A stretch of DNA of 64,000 bases from Dicyema japonicum (taxonomy: Eukaryota > Animalia > Dicyemida), in assembly GCA_011109175.1 (NCBI GenBank), contig RDEW01000015.1, forward strand, positions 770,868-834,867, read 5' to 3'. Shown piece by piece: positions 1 through 10,899 of the stretch. A model generated the notes under the pieces. That model searched no databases. It was not told where the DNA came from and saw nothing but the letters and a program-made list of their open reading frames with translations. The translations under genes and the position numbers were made by a program. Each line of letters begins with the position of its first letter. Position 1 is the stretch's first letter.

Positions 1-604
1 TTCTTATGAAGTTTTCATTTTTTCAACTCTGAAGGTATTACTAGTTATCAACTATCTTTTGATTTCAGTTTTTTAGTTTTGATTTTCTTTGCAGATTTTT
101 ATCAAACAAGATAATATAGCAGTAAGTTTTTCGATCTCCAAAATATCAATTACATCTCATTCTATGAAAGTGAATTTTGGCCTCTCAAACGTTCTTTCCT
201 TTTTTTAAAAAAAAAATGTGTATCGTGCTTAAGTGGAGGTTCAATGCGAAACATTACTCCTCCTCTACAGAAGGGCTGTTATTATTATTGTCGCCGTTCA
301 ACAAGAAAACTCTGCCTATGATATGTCCATCTTTTTAATACATACAATAAATTAATAATTTAACTTTTACTGGGGTTCAGTTAGGGCTAGATTTTATCTA
401 AGTTCTGTCGATGGAACCAGTTGCCTTAATCAGATTATCAATGTTGAATTAGACTAGAGTGAATAAACTAAAAATATTCAGGGAATTCTACAACCAAGTC
501 CTCATATAAAAATAATAATAGATATATTTTAAATATTATTTTTATAAGATTAAAAAATAATTATACCAAAATTTCAAATAAAATAATCAAAGTAAATACG
601 AAAA

Positions 605-1304
605 ATGGATAACAAGGATAACAATAACTACAAGTAATTCTTTTAGTAACTTAAAGTCTAACTGAAAACGTCTATGAGTATCTCCATCATATGGGGGGAG
701 ACATTGCAGATAATTTCATCAAAGAAGTGAGATTCTTGTTTTAATAAAATAGATCAACTACGACAAGCCTGTGAGCGTGGGAGAATCACCTGGATTGCTT
801 GAAAGTGGTGGGAGTAAGTTCACTTTGGAATAAATTTAGTAATTTTATCCCGTTTACTCTTCAGTTACAGACAATTCTCAATCTCAATCAACCGCCCAAA
901 ATTATGATACTAATTCAACATATAATCAGTATTCGAACCAGAATAGATTTCAAAGTTATAACCAAGATTTTAATTCTTATCCAACATATAATCAGAATTT
1001 GTACCAAAATGAGGCTAATTCATACTATCAAGACTCTTATAACTATTCGTATAGCCAAAATCGACATAAATCTACATCTGATCCTTATTTTGGAGGAAAT
1101 AACCCATTTATGTATTACCAACCACCTCCCGAAGATATTGAAGACCCCATTTCTTGTATGCACAAATATATTCCACAGCCTTGTATTATTTTGCTAACCA
1201 TATTAGTTTTGAAGCCTTTTCTCAATTATTTGGAGGCTCAGGAAAGTAAAGAGCCTGAAAAATGCTTAGATTGCGAAAAATTAAACAAAAAACGCAAAAA
1301 ATAA
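605..1304 (+). CDS. Ssdp: SSDP/SSBP2-4-like LUFS (LisH) domain protein with a Q/N/Y/S-rich tail. Spliced; 3' end uncertain (stop at 1249 or 1304).
   Basis: ATG at 605. Introns 634-656, 727-752 and 814-839 give MDNKDNNNYNLTENVYEYLHHMGGDIADNFIKE-INYDKPVSVGESPGLLE(SWW)..FYPVYSS, matching SSBP [40 protein letters not shown]. Two 1-nt deletions (near 806 and 843) must be assumed. Confidence 0.8.
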
Positions 1305-2324
1305 CAAACCGATTCAAAATCTTTAGCCCTATTCCTTATTTTTCTTTCCTGGTTTAATAAATTCTATTCAAATTTTTGAAAATCTAGCTGTTAATGATTA
1401 TTTTTTTTATTTATGATTTTTGTGCGAAATTAAAATATTAAGTGTTTTTCAAGCATATAGTTTTATTAGAAATTAGTGATTCAAAATAAACAAGAATTTT
1501 TTATTGTCTTAATGTTTTTTATGCAGGAAACACTAACTCGATGTTAATGAAAATTAAAGCATTAAGATTAACGTTCAAACAAATAAAATCTTTATTTCAC
1601 GACCACCGCTAAAACAAAAAGACAAACTAAGTGATCCCAAAAATTAGATCCAGGATCTTAGGTGGGTCTATGCTCCTCCTCGATCCTATGCAAGCTCGTT
1701 GGGATCTGGTCTCCTACGTTATTACTTCGGATTAGGATCCCCAATGGAAAAACTATAAACAGTGTGTGTACATTCAGGATATTTAAAGATTATCAAAATT
1801 GTCTATTTTCATTTAGTTGGCTCATGTTATTTACTTGGTCAAAGGATTCCCTTCTGTTTTTTGCATTCATCAATTTTAAGAACGTCATGAGATCAATCTA
1901 ACTCAAAAAACAGTCAGTGCTCAAGAGGATTTTTTCTTCCCCTCTAATGAAGAATTTTCACAAATGGCGAATATGAATGGACGTGCGCGTCTCACTCTGA
2001 CCATGGGAATTGGATAAAATCTTTTTTGTGTATATCCAGAATTATTAAAAAATTTAGTGGCTTGAAAGTACTAGCGTCGTTTGGAAAATAATCTTTTGAT
2101 AAATTGATATTGTTAAAAAATAAATCCGAAATTTACAAAATTCGCAATTTTTTAATGTGATAAACTCGACAAAAATAGTCATATTTGGTATAACTTTTAG
2201 TCCATGAAATTTTTTTTATTTAAAGAAAAGTTTTTAAATTTACATTTTTGTTACTAATTTTCGATAAGGTTAACAGTTAAATTGTACTTATTAAAATTGT
2301 AATTACTTCTCAAGGATTATTAAA

Positions 2325-2480
2325 GCACACTGATGTTGAAAAGTTTCGTAAGTTCGATTTCCTGGCTAAAGAGCTCAAACTAATGTATGTCCTCCAGTCA
2401 AAGTCATACCTATTTTTCTAGCATGGGACGGTTTCGTTTCATTTGTAGAGGTGTTGGTGGAATATAAATATGGGGTGCTC
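2325..2480 (+). mobile_element. Relic of an R4-like non-LTR element (REL endonuclease fragment)
   Basis: Translates DVEKFRKFDFLAKELKLMY, similar to VEVEKLHKYDLVAGELSQIY in the 22621-23073 ORF. Confidence 0.6.
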
Positions 2481-3049
2481 ACTATCGAGGAAAATTTGAA
2501 CAGCAACCAATCACCTAGTGGAATTAGCAAATCAGTTCAATGACGTCCAGGAAACCTGGGTGAAGAGAAAGCGAATAGGTTTTAGGTCAACGACTTTTCT
2601 TCTGAAAGGAGAAAAGTCTTAAAGCGAGTAGTAATTTTGATTTAATCGTGTTTTCTGTAAAAATAAAAATTGCCTACACTTTATTAATTTTTCAAGACAA
2701 TTTATTAAAAAATAAAAAAGATATAAGTCTGCAACCTTACTGCATGGTTACGCTAAAATAACAAAGCTAGCAGAATTTATGAAAATCTCCGATGCCAAAT
2801 GAGATTAGACTTTCGAGGGTGCAAGTGCTCTGGTTGTTTCTATCGTAAAAGAAACAACTGTAACATCATGGGAGCATTCTAAGTATTTTATTCGTTTGGG
2901 CTTTACACTATCTCAACAGGTAGACATAATTTGACTGCGCTCTGACGAAGATTATGTGTCGAGATAAACTAAAGACATCTCAGCCTCAAAAGAAAGATTA
3001 TTATTCCATGATGGCTTTCCAACACGGCTCAAAAACAGAGATACTATTA

Positions 3050-5190
3050 AATATGCCCTCCAGACTTACGATTGGGTGCGCCTATTGAGTTTTGGTGCGC
3101 GATTGGTGCGACTGGGACTTGATCGAGATGGTCACGGATGGAGTCTCTCGTTACCACCATGAGGACCAGCTTTCCTTTTTATGGGAAGAATCCACATCCC
3201 CAGTTGCCCCAAAGCTTCTAACTGTACGAGGGAGACACATTGTCCGAACAAAGAAGTCGAAGTGCTCCGTCTCAAAAGAACTGTTCGCTCTGAGTTAATC
3301 GAAGGTGGTACCCTCCAGCTATCAGAAAAAAAGCATCCTCTGCCACCCAACAACCTACGTCCAGTCGCTCCCCCGGCCGAAGTGAGTTCCCTGAGTGCAT
3401 CAAACGATGAAGTTCTCCTCGCAATACGGAATTTTGCCCTTAGTAGCGACGGCGGGCTTGACGGAAAGAGACCAGGCTATCTGATTTAACCTCTTTATCC
3501 GTAGGAGACAAGGTACTTCGTCTTATGAATTCAATTACTTCACTTATAAACCGGATCCTGTATGGAGTTCGTCCATAATTTATCCGCCATGTCCTTTTCT
3601 CCGCCAATTTGATAACCTTCGATAAGAAGGGCGGCGGAGTACGTCCGGTTGTGGTCGGGTTTGTCTTCAGAAGAAAAATTGCCTCCAGATATTCTATTCC
3701 ACTCGTCACAAATTTCTTGAACCTACCTCAAATAGGCGTCGGTATTCGCTTGGGATGCGAAGCTGCTGTCCATTCAGTGAGAACATTCCTAAACCGCAGT
3801 ATAGAAGATTCCCGGGGACATGTCCTGATCAAACTGGACATCAAGAACGCTTTCAATAATCTACCTGGAGGCTTAGATTGAGAGATGTCCTAATATTTTC
3901 GAATTTGTGAATCAGTCATACGGCCCACCTTTATCCTTAATTCTCGGGGATTACCTAATCCATTCGTATTCCGGAGTGCAACTAGGAGATCTCTTTGGAC
4001 CCCTGTTGTTTTGTCTTGCAATCGAGAAAATCACTAAACCTCCACGCTCGCCCCTCAACCTATGATATCTGGAAGATGCGGTCCTCGGAGGAACCCCAGA
4101 TACTGTTTCCCAGGATTTGAAGGTGATAATTCCAGCACAAAAACAGCCTCCACGTACAGAAACTTTCATATGTCATGAAGACTACTCCCCTTTTCACCTG
4201 GTGTGATTGATGGGATCTTCCATTAGATAGCGGAGCGTATCTTCAACGTCCGGTTTGAGGATTACCCATGGAAGAAAGCCACACTGCCGGTGAGACTCTG
4301 AGGGCTTGGAATTCGCAACCCTCTCCCTTCATATCTCTCGTCGCTAATGGCCTGTAACACCCTTTTCAGAAAGATTCTCCCTCCCTGAATCTTCTACTGA
4401 CCAGGACGATACTCATGCTCGTGAGGCTTGGAGCCGTACCTATTAGTTTCCCTACCTTCCATGTTCGCTCAGCTGGGTCTGGACAATGCTGTATGCTGGA
4501 TTTTTTTTGAAAATCTGTTAGTTCATATAACTAACATCACCGTGCCTGTTTCACCGAGCGTCTTCTGAGAGCGGTGCCTGCTTAACGCCATTCCCAATGG
4601 AGTTTTGGGTACCTTTCTGGATGATGAATGCGTCCGTATTGGGATCTCATTACGTCTGAGATTAAAAGTCTGTGTTCCGCATCTGTGCCGATGAGGAGAC
4701 CCTATCGACTGTTTTGGCCTACACCCTCTTTCCTGAAGGAGATTGCAGGCAGATTTCCCAGACACATGGCCTTTAACAAAGTCGTTAGGCGAGCTTTAGA
4801 CGCCGCCGGAAACGACCAATCGGTCTTTGCAGGAGTGACGGGAAACGAGCTGATGGGATGACCATTTTTTTGAAGCTGAAAACCACTTGTCTGGGACATC
4901 ACCTGCACGGACACTTTTGCCTCTTGCAGCCTACTCCAGAGTACCTCTGGGCCCTGTTCTGTCGCTGAGCAGTCCGAGAGGTTGAAACGGGCAACGTACA
5001 CCGTCCTACCCAATGATTTTTGTTTGTTCCATTCGTTGTTGAGACGTCTGGTTCCCTTGTGCCTTCGACGATGAAATTCTTTAGTCATCTGGGGAATCAG
5101 ATTTCTACACGATCAGGAGACCCCCGTGAGCGCTGCTAGTTATTTGAAAGGGAATAAAAAAGGGAATAGCCACGCAGTCAGGCCACCATT
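3050..5190 (+). mobile_element. CRE-clade non-LTR retrotransposon (RT plus REL endonuclease), decayed
   Basis: KKGGGVRPVVVG..PQIGVGIRLGCEAAVHSVR..KLDIKNAFN (CRE-type RT); GVQLGDLFGP; LNAIPNGVLGTFLDDECVRIGISLRL; RFPRHMAFNKVVRRAL; WDITCTDTFA; FVPFVVETSG. Many frameshifts and stops. Confidence 0.85.
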
Positions 5191-5929
5191 TTCCGTAATA
5201 TATTGTTCATTTTTGGAAAGATAAAAAACATTCTAATATTTATAGTTATGATAATTAGAGTTGTCCACCGATTATGTAATTTTCATAAATTTATTATTAA
5301 TTCTCGATTAAGGCACGTTAAAAATAAGTTTAAAAAAACATAGTGAAAAAAATTAAATAAAATCTTAATGATGTCTTTCACAATAGAGGATGGGAAAATA
5401 CCGTGACGTTGATGATCGGTTTGCCTTTCAGCTGATTTTTTGATACGCCTGACGCATGTAGCCTTAGCAAGGAAAATTTTAAAGACTGATCGGGCGGCTT
5501 GCAGGAAGAAAGAGCCTAGAATGACACGATAGCTCTTCCAGAACATTGGGCTCTTGATTATGAGAAGTAACTCCCATTGCGTGGTCAATGCCTACATTCC
5601 ATAATTGAGCCCTTGTCCTAAAAATTGACTCTTACAAATTAATTTTATGCTATTAACGATTAAATAATTTTACAGTTAATTTTTTGTCCCAAGCGGGATT
5701 TTTGATGACGACATTTATTGCTAAGCCTGCCGGACTGATTAAAAACCTAAAATTTGTAATTCTATTAAACACGTCACGAAAATCCTTTCTTTAATCGTTC
5801 TTAACAAAATCCAAGAGCCAGTGAATAAATACTTTCCCCATAGTCATAGTGGATTCAGAACAGGAACAGGGAGGTCAACGAATGATTAACGTGGTGCCAT
5901 AAATGGCTACTCAACATGGATTTCGAAAT

Positions 5930-6170
5930 GCCACAACAATCTCACCAGAGCTTTCGACACTGCACTGTGGAAAACTGATTGAAGTACTCAAAAAGTTTTC
6001 TGGATCGCGATTCAGTTATCTTGATACAAACTCTCTTCTTCGAAACAAGGATGAGGGTTTGCATTGGAAAAGCCCAGTCTAGGGAAATCAAATCATGGCG
6101 ACACCTCAGGGAGATTCTCAATCTCCGTTACTATTCGTCTTTTATTTGGAATCGGCTTTCAGAAAGTTCT
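5930..6170 (+). mobile_element. RTE RT fragment
   Basis: Nucleotide similarity to 46915-47100 (ACCAGAGCTTTCGACACTG...GGAAAACTGATTGAAGT...CCTCAGGGAGATTC). Confidence 0.7.
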
Positions 6171-6914
6171 ACATCAATGACTATAAGAAATTGTGTACCC
6201 TGATAACGCGGACTTTGTATGAAATAATTGGAAAGCACACGGATTTTCTGAGTTAGCGACAAGTTATCTGAACTATCCATGAAAACTTCAAGGAGAGAGA
6301 TAATCGAGATCAAACGGATGGAGTCACGTAGAAACAACTAAATTAACCAACTGATAAATAAAAAAACGTTATGTTTACCTCTCCCATTGTCTCATTGTGT
6401 GACACTTTTTAAAGCCAATTCTAATCCATAATTCGGACACATGAAGAATCTCAAATTCGAATAGAAGGGGCTCTGGTCCTCCTCACAGAAGACAACTTTG
6501 GTCCCTCCTAGGATTAAATAGTCAATGCAAATAAAAAAATGCTATACGGTTCCGAGGCATCACATTACTCTTCAAGCCAAAAGTAAAGTAGATGAATCAA
6601 ATTATTAACGGAATGGACAGCGGTGAAATTTGAACGAAAGACACTTCTGCCTGGTACATTCGCTTTAAATTTTTTCGGGAAATTGTCAAACGGTCCAAAA
6701 TATGAGGGTGCTTCAACACCTGGGTCTGTAATATGCAGACAATCGATAAATTCTTAAAATAATTCAAAAGCAGATAAATCAATAGTCTTGAAATGGCATT
6801 AAAATATGAATTTGTGCAAAGATCATAGAATCGATAATGGCACCAAAAATTGAGTATTCTATTCTCAAAAATTAAATTCCATTAATTTATTAACTCTGGA
6901 TATACATAGAAGGG

Positions 6915-7200
6915 AATTAATAGTTAGCAACTAATTAAATGTTTTCAATTCTCACAGTCACAGAAGCAGTGAGACCTTCTAATGTCCATCCAGAATCATG
7001 GAAAGGAATAAAACGTCTGATGCTATTAATTTGAAAACATTTAGGGAGAGAAAATAATCCTTTTTTGTGTCATCCTGCCACTGGGGGTCATCCGAGACTG
7101 GTGGATCACATAACGCTACTCTAGTAGAAAGAAAGAAAATAAGGAACAGAGGAAAAGAAAAAAATCTTTCATCCAAGTAGCCAGCGGATGAAATCGAAGC
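6915..7200 (-). mobile_element. Family B short element, diverged copy (B3)
   Basis: Reverse complement aligns with 23300-23630 (TAGAGTAGCGTTATGTGATCCACCAGTCT...CAGTGGCAGG...AAAAAAGGATTA; GACGTTTTATTCC...TGGAC; ACATTTAATTAGTTG). Confidence 0.75.
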
Positions 7201-7412
7201 AAGGACATTTTTTATAGTAACTGTTATTAATTCATACTGTTACAATTAAATAAAAATGATTTGCTTATAATTCATATAAATAAAATTATTTAATTGGACT
7301 TAAAACAGTAAAATATTTATTAATTGTTATAAAAATAGTTAATTTATTTTTAAACGAAAAAATTTAAAAAAATAATAGATAATTTGAAATTGACTTCATT
7401 CGTTGAATTCTT

Positions 7413-8532
7413 ATGAGTTTTTTGGCCGCATTATTTTTCTATTTTTTGATAAACCATGTGGATACATCGTTAATTCGATTTGTATACGAAGAAGCATATG
7501 TTGACCCAATTCATCAAGAATCTCTGTACTATGAAAGATGGCAGAAGTTCGTGAAAAAATACAGTATTTTTTTAATAATTCTAGACAAAACGTATACCGG
7601 AAGTGATTTTCATTTTCGAAGAAAACAATTCGAAGAGAATCTCAAAATGATAGATGATCATAATCTTCAGTTCCTTAAAGGACTGAAGTCGTATAGACTT
7701 GATGTGAACCACCTTGCTGATAGAGTAATTTTATCTGTAACTGAAGTCGCGCTACGAAATAGCGAATATGCTCAATGGATACGTTTTCGACGAAAAAAAG
7801 ATTAGAAATACCAAAATTATGCAGAGTTTTTCAAAATTGCCTAATGAGGTCAATTGGGTGACAAAGAAAGTGGTCTCCGAAGTGAAGAACCAAGGTAGAT
7901 GCGGGTCCTGTTATGCGTTCAGTGCGGTAAGTGTTCTTTTGACCTCTAGACTGGTTCTATCGAGGGACAATTTGCAATAAAATATGGATATGTGAAATCC
8001 TACAGCGAACAGAATATCGTAGACTGTTCTATGCGATTCGAGAACCAAGGATGCAGTGGTGGATTGATGGACTCTGCCTTCAAGTACGTAAAGGCTAATG
8101 GAGGACTTGACACAGAGGCTCAGACCCTTATGAGGAAAGAGTATACTGTCTGTGGCATTTTAGGTGGGTAGATGTCGGTATGTTCAACACCCTTTGAACT
8201 TGACGGGTTATGTGGATATCAAAGAGGGCAATGAGGAGGAATTGAAGAAGGCTGTGGCTTTAGTGGGACCGATTTCTGTTGCAATTGACGCGAGTCGGTC
8301 GAGTTTTATGTTCTATTCTGATGGAGTCTATGATGAGCCCTCGTGTTCACAGAAATCACTGGATCACGGAGTCCTTGCGGTTGGATATGGAGAAGAAGAC
8401 GGCAAAAAATATTGGCTCGTCAAAAATAGTTGGGGTTCAATGTGGGGCATTGATGGCTACATAAAGATGTCACGTGATAAGAATAATCAGTGTGGGATAG
8501 CGACTAGTGCGAGTTACCCACTTATAGATTAG
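7413..8532 (+). CDS. CTSL: Cathepsin L-like papain-family (C1A) cysteine protease with signal peptide and I29 propeptide
   Basis: Introns 7564-7584, 7725-7746, 7927-7949 and 8141-8163. ERFNIN-like [16 protein letters not shown]; [10 protein letters not shown] (Q, C), LDHGV (H), KNSWG (N); [16 protein letters not shown]. One 1-nt deletion near 8124 (QYPYEE). Confidence 0.95.
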
Positions 8533-9399
8533 CTTTAACTTGATTTGCTCTTTTTTGGTTGATGGGTCGCTATCCTTTTGTTTGTTTTGTTCAAGATTAT
8601 TTGGTTTTATTTGTTTAAGGTTTTCTGTGGCATTTAATGATGACAATATTACTGTATTTAATTTGTGGTTTTGATATATCATTCCGTTTAACCTTTGTGG
8701 TTAAATGTTGTAGTGCTTAGAAACCCTTATCTTTAGAGATTATATGACGTTCAATTGGAGCATTGTTTCTTTCTACAAAAATTAATGAGAATTAAAAAAT
8801 TAGTAACATATCAGACTCAAGGTGCCGAGAGACAGTGGAATTGCCGACGATGGTAATTTCAAGGTGCTGGAGCATTGTCGTAAATTACTTTTATATTTTT
8901 TGTTAATTGAAGTGTTTTATTAACATTTTTTAAGAGTGGCTTCCTAATTTTGCAAAATATAATTTTGAATTAAAATGTCTAAAAATGTCTAATTTTTTCT
9001 TATATCAAATATACTAGAATTACAGATTTTTATCCGATAGGTTTACATTCCGCATAGATTATGTTGTTCACAACGGAGATTATCGAAAAAACCGTGTCTG
9101 AAACTTTTATCACTACTGTGACTTTAATTGCAGTTAATAGGTCAGATGGGCGTACAAGGTTGTTCCATCAACGCTTTCAAAAATTTTCGGATCCTAAGCA
9201 AGGGCCCAGATCATGGAGGGTAGAACCGCTTAGGTTGATTGTTTTTAACGACGCACGGGTAAAACTATAGATATTACGGTTTTACGTTTTAATAGTCCAT
9301 TTCTCCTCCGATTGGAATCCAAAAACGTGGAAGACAAATGTACTTCATCAGCAAATCAACTGAAGCTCTCCATTCGGTGTGGATAGCCATTTAAAGTCA

Positions 9400-10100
9400 A
9401 TCGACACTACTCAAGAATCACAATCGAGCTAGATAAGCTCCAAAATCAGAAAGAGCATGGCCAACGCGAACCTGCCGAATGATACATTCACGGAAAACGT
9501 TCTTCAAGATATAATAGACACCAAAATGCAAACAAATATCAGATGCAACAGATAGAATGTCCAAAAAGGAAAGAAAACGTTGAAAGAAAAGTTCAACGGT
9601 TGCTATAGAGATGAACAGAATCCAAGTGTTTTAACCATTGAGCTATCAGCCAACGACAGGTGCGTGGGAAATATCGAGTTTGCAAATTTCTCATGCGGAT
9701 TAAAATCCCTAAAGAACGTCAGAAAAATGGGTAAAGGTCATGGAGTTTTTAGGTGAGGGAAGCAGATAAATCTTCCTTCAAACAACTTAACTTGTCTGCT
9801 CCTTTCTGAAAATACATTTTAAAATCAAAACGTAACGTGCACTCGGAGATTGTTCTGAGGAATCTTCCGATATGGGTGGAGAATAGTGAACTTATTGGTA
9901 ATGCGAAAGAACTTACTCCAACCACTGAGTCAATAAAATTTCTAGTAAAAGATAGAAGGAGAGTTATTCAGGTACATCACTGCCTTAGCCATCAATATCC
10001 AACTTTATCAGTTTACCATCAGAATAACTAGAGCAGTTTATTCAAATTTATTATTAGAAAGAAAAAACAAATCAGACTCCAGCTGCCAAGAAACAGCGTA
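9400..10100 (+). mobile_element. Possible LINE ORF1-like relic
   Basis: EIVLRNLPIWVENSELIGNAKEL resembles ORF1 RRM-like segments of I/Jockey-type LINEs. Fragmented by stops. Confidence 0.3.
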
Positions 10101-10280
10101 CATTACTGAGAATGAGGCGTTCACGGTGAACCTAGTTGCGCTATGAGCAGTTGGCAGATGTTTTCGTGGGTACGACTTTCCTTGTGTTCACGACTTTCTT
10201 TCTTTTACAGTCTTCAATACATCGTGCAATCACGATAAAGGAAATTAATCAATCAGAATTATGAAATGATTGAGAAACCT

Positions 10281-10530
10281 GGCCTCGTGGCGCCATGTGG
10301 TGCTATGTGGATAGTTGGTCAAAATTTATTTTCCTTTTTTCTGATGGCGTCATTGGATCCATCTTACTGAAGAGACGCTCAATGCCTTGCCGGCATCAAG
10401 AGGATCCAACTATTTTTTCCCCAGAGACAATCTCGTTACCTGGAGATAAATTCTGGAACGCTGGAACGAGTCGGATTAATGAGTTCGTTAGTTTGGTTAC
10501 CCTTAGTCTTTGGAATAATTTTAATATCTT
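10281..10530 (+). mobile_element. Family A short element (A1): GC-rich head, pyrimidine tract, pseudoknot module, AT tail
   Basis: About 245 nt, aligning end to end with the reverse complement of 16281-16524. Both copies end in GTCTTTGGAATAATTTT. Confidence 0.85.
10346..10408 (+). ncRNA. Candidate structured RNA: nested pseudoknot with HDV-ribozyme topology and a non-canonical core
   Basis: P1 GGCGTC(10346-51)/GACGCT(10374-79); P2 TGGATCC(10354-60)/GGATCCA(10402-08); P3 TCTT/AAGA; P4 ATGCC(10382-86)/GGCAT(10392-96). Pairings are kept with compensatory changes in related copies. Confidence 0.55.
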
Positions 10531-10899
10531 TGTTTTTTATAGTTTATTGAGTTTCTTGAACAGGCTACAAGGTTTCGAACATGACCTAGATAGAAAAAAG
10601 AAGTCAGACAGTTATTCAAAACTGTAGCATTTATCCACTTATGTCACTGTAGGGCAAACAACTCTGGATGCTTGTTACAACTAAATTATTGTAATTCTAT
10701 TCTGATGAAGGTGTATTTTAGAATATAATAATTCGAAATAGTCTTGATTATGGCAAAATCTACCTTGTGTCGATCATTCAGATTTTCAAGCAAACAATAT
10801 CCTTCAATAGCACGTCCTTTGTCGACCTTCCCACATCGATATCAGTTTCCCACAAACCTTCCGGTGTGACAAACTCATATTTATGTAGGTAGGGGTTAC

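Noticed and set aside
799-1197. 132-aa ORF rich in I/L/K
   Set aside because: Shadow frame over the SSDP-like exon.
5283-5900. Possible spliced gene on the minus strand (GFLISPAGLAINVVIKNPAWDKKL; LWNVGIDHAMGVT)
   Set aside because: No recognisable family and no consistent exon chain could be built.
6560-6900. Coding-like segment on the minus strand (EFIDCLHITDPGVEAPSYFGPFDNFPKKF), faintly CUB-like
   Set aside because: Similarity is too weak, and the apparent first exon turned out to be a repeat.
6979-7176. ORF with an apparent signal peptide (MDERFFSFPLFLIFFLSTRVALC), divergent from cathepsin L
   Set aside because: It lies entirely within repeat copy B3. The hydrophobic stretch is just the element's pyrimidine tract.
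800-8130. U-insertion editing as an explanation for missing Ts in SSDP and cathepsin
   Set aside because: Other genes need G, C or A insertions or a deletion, mostly in homopolymers. Sequencing error is simpler.
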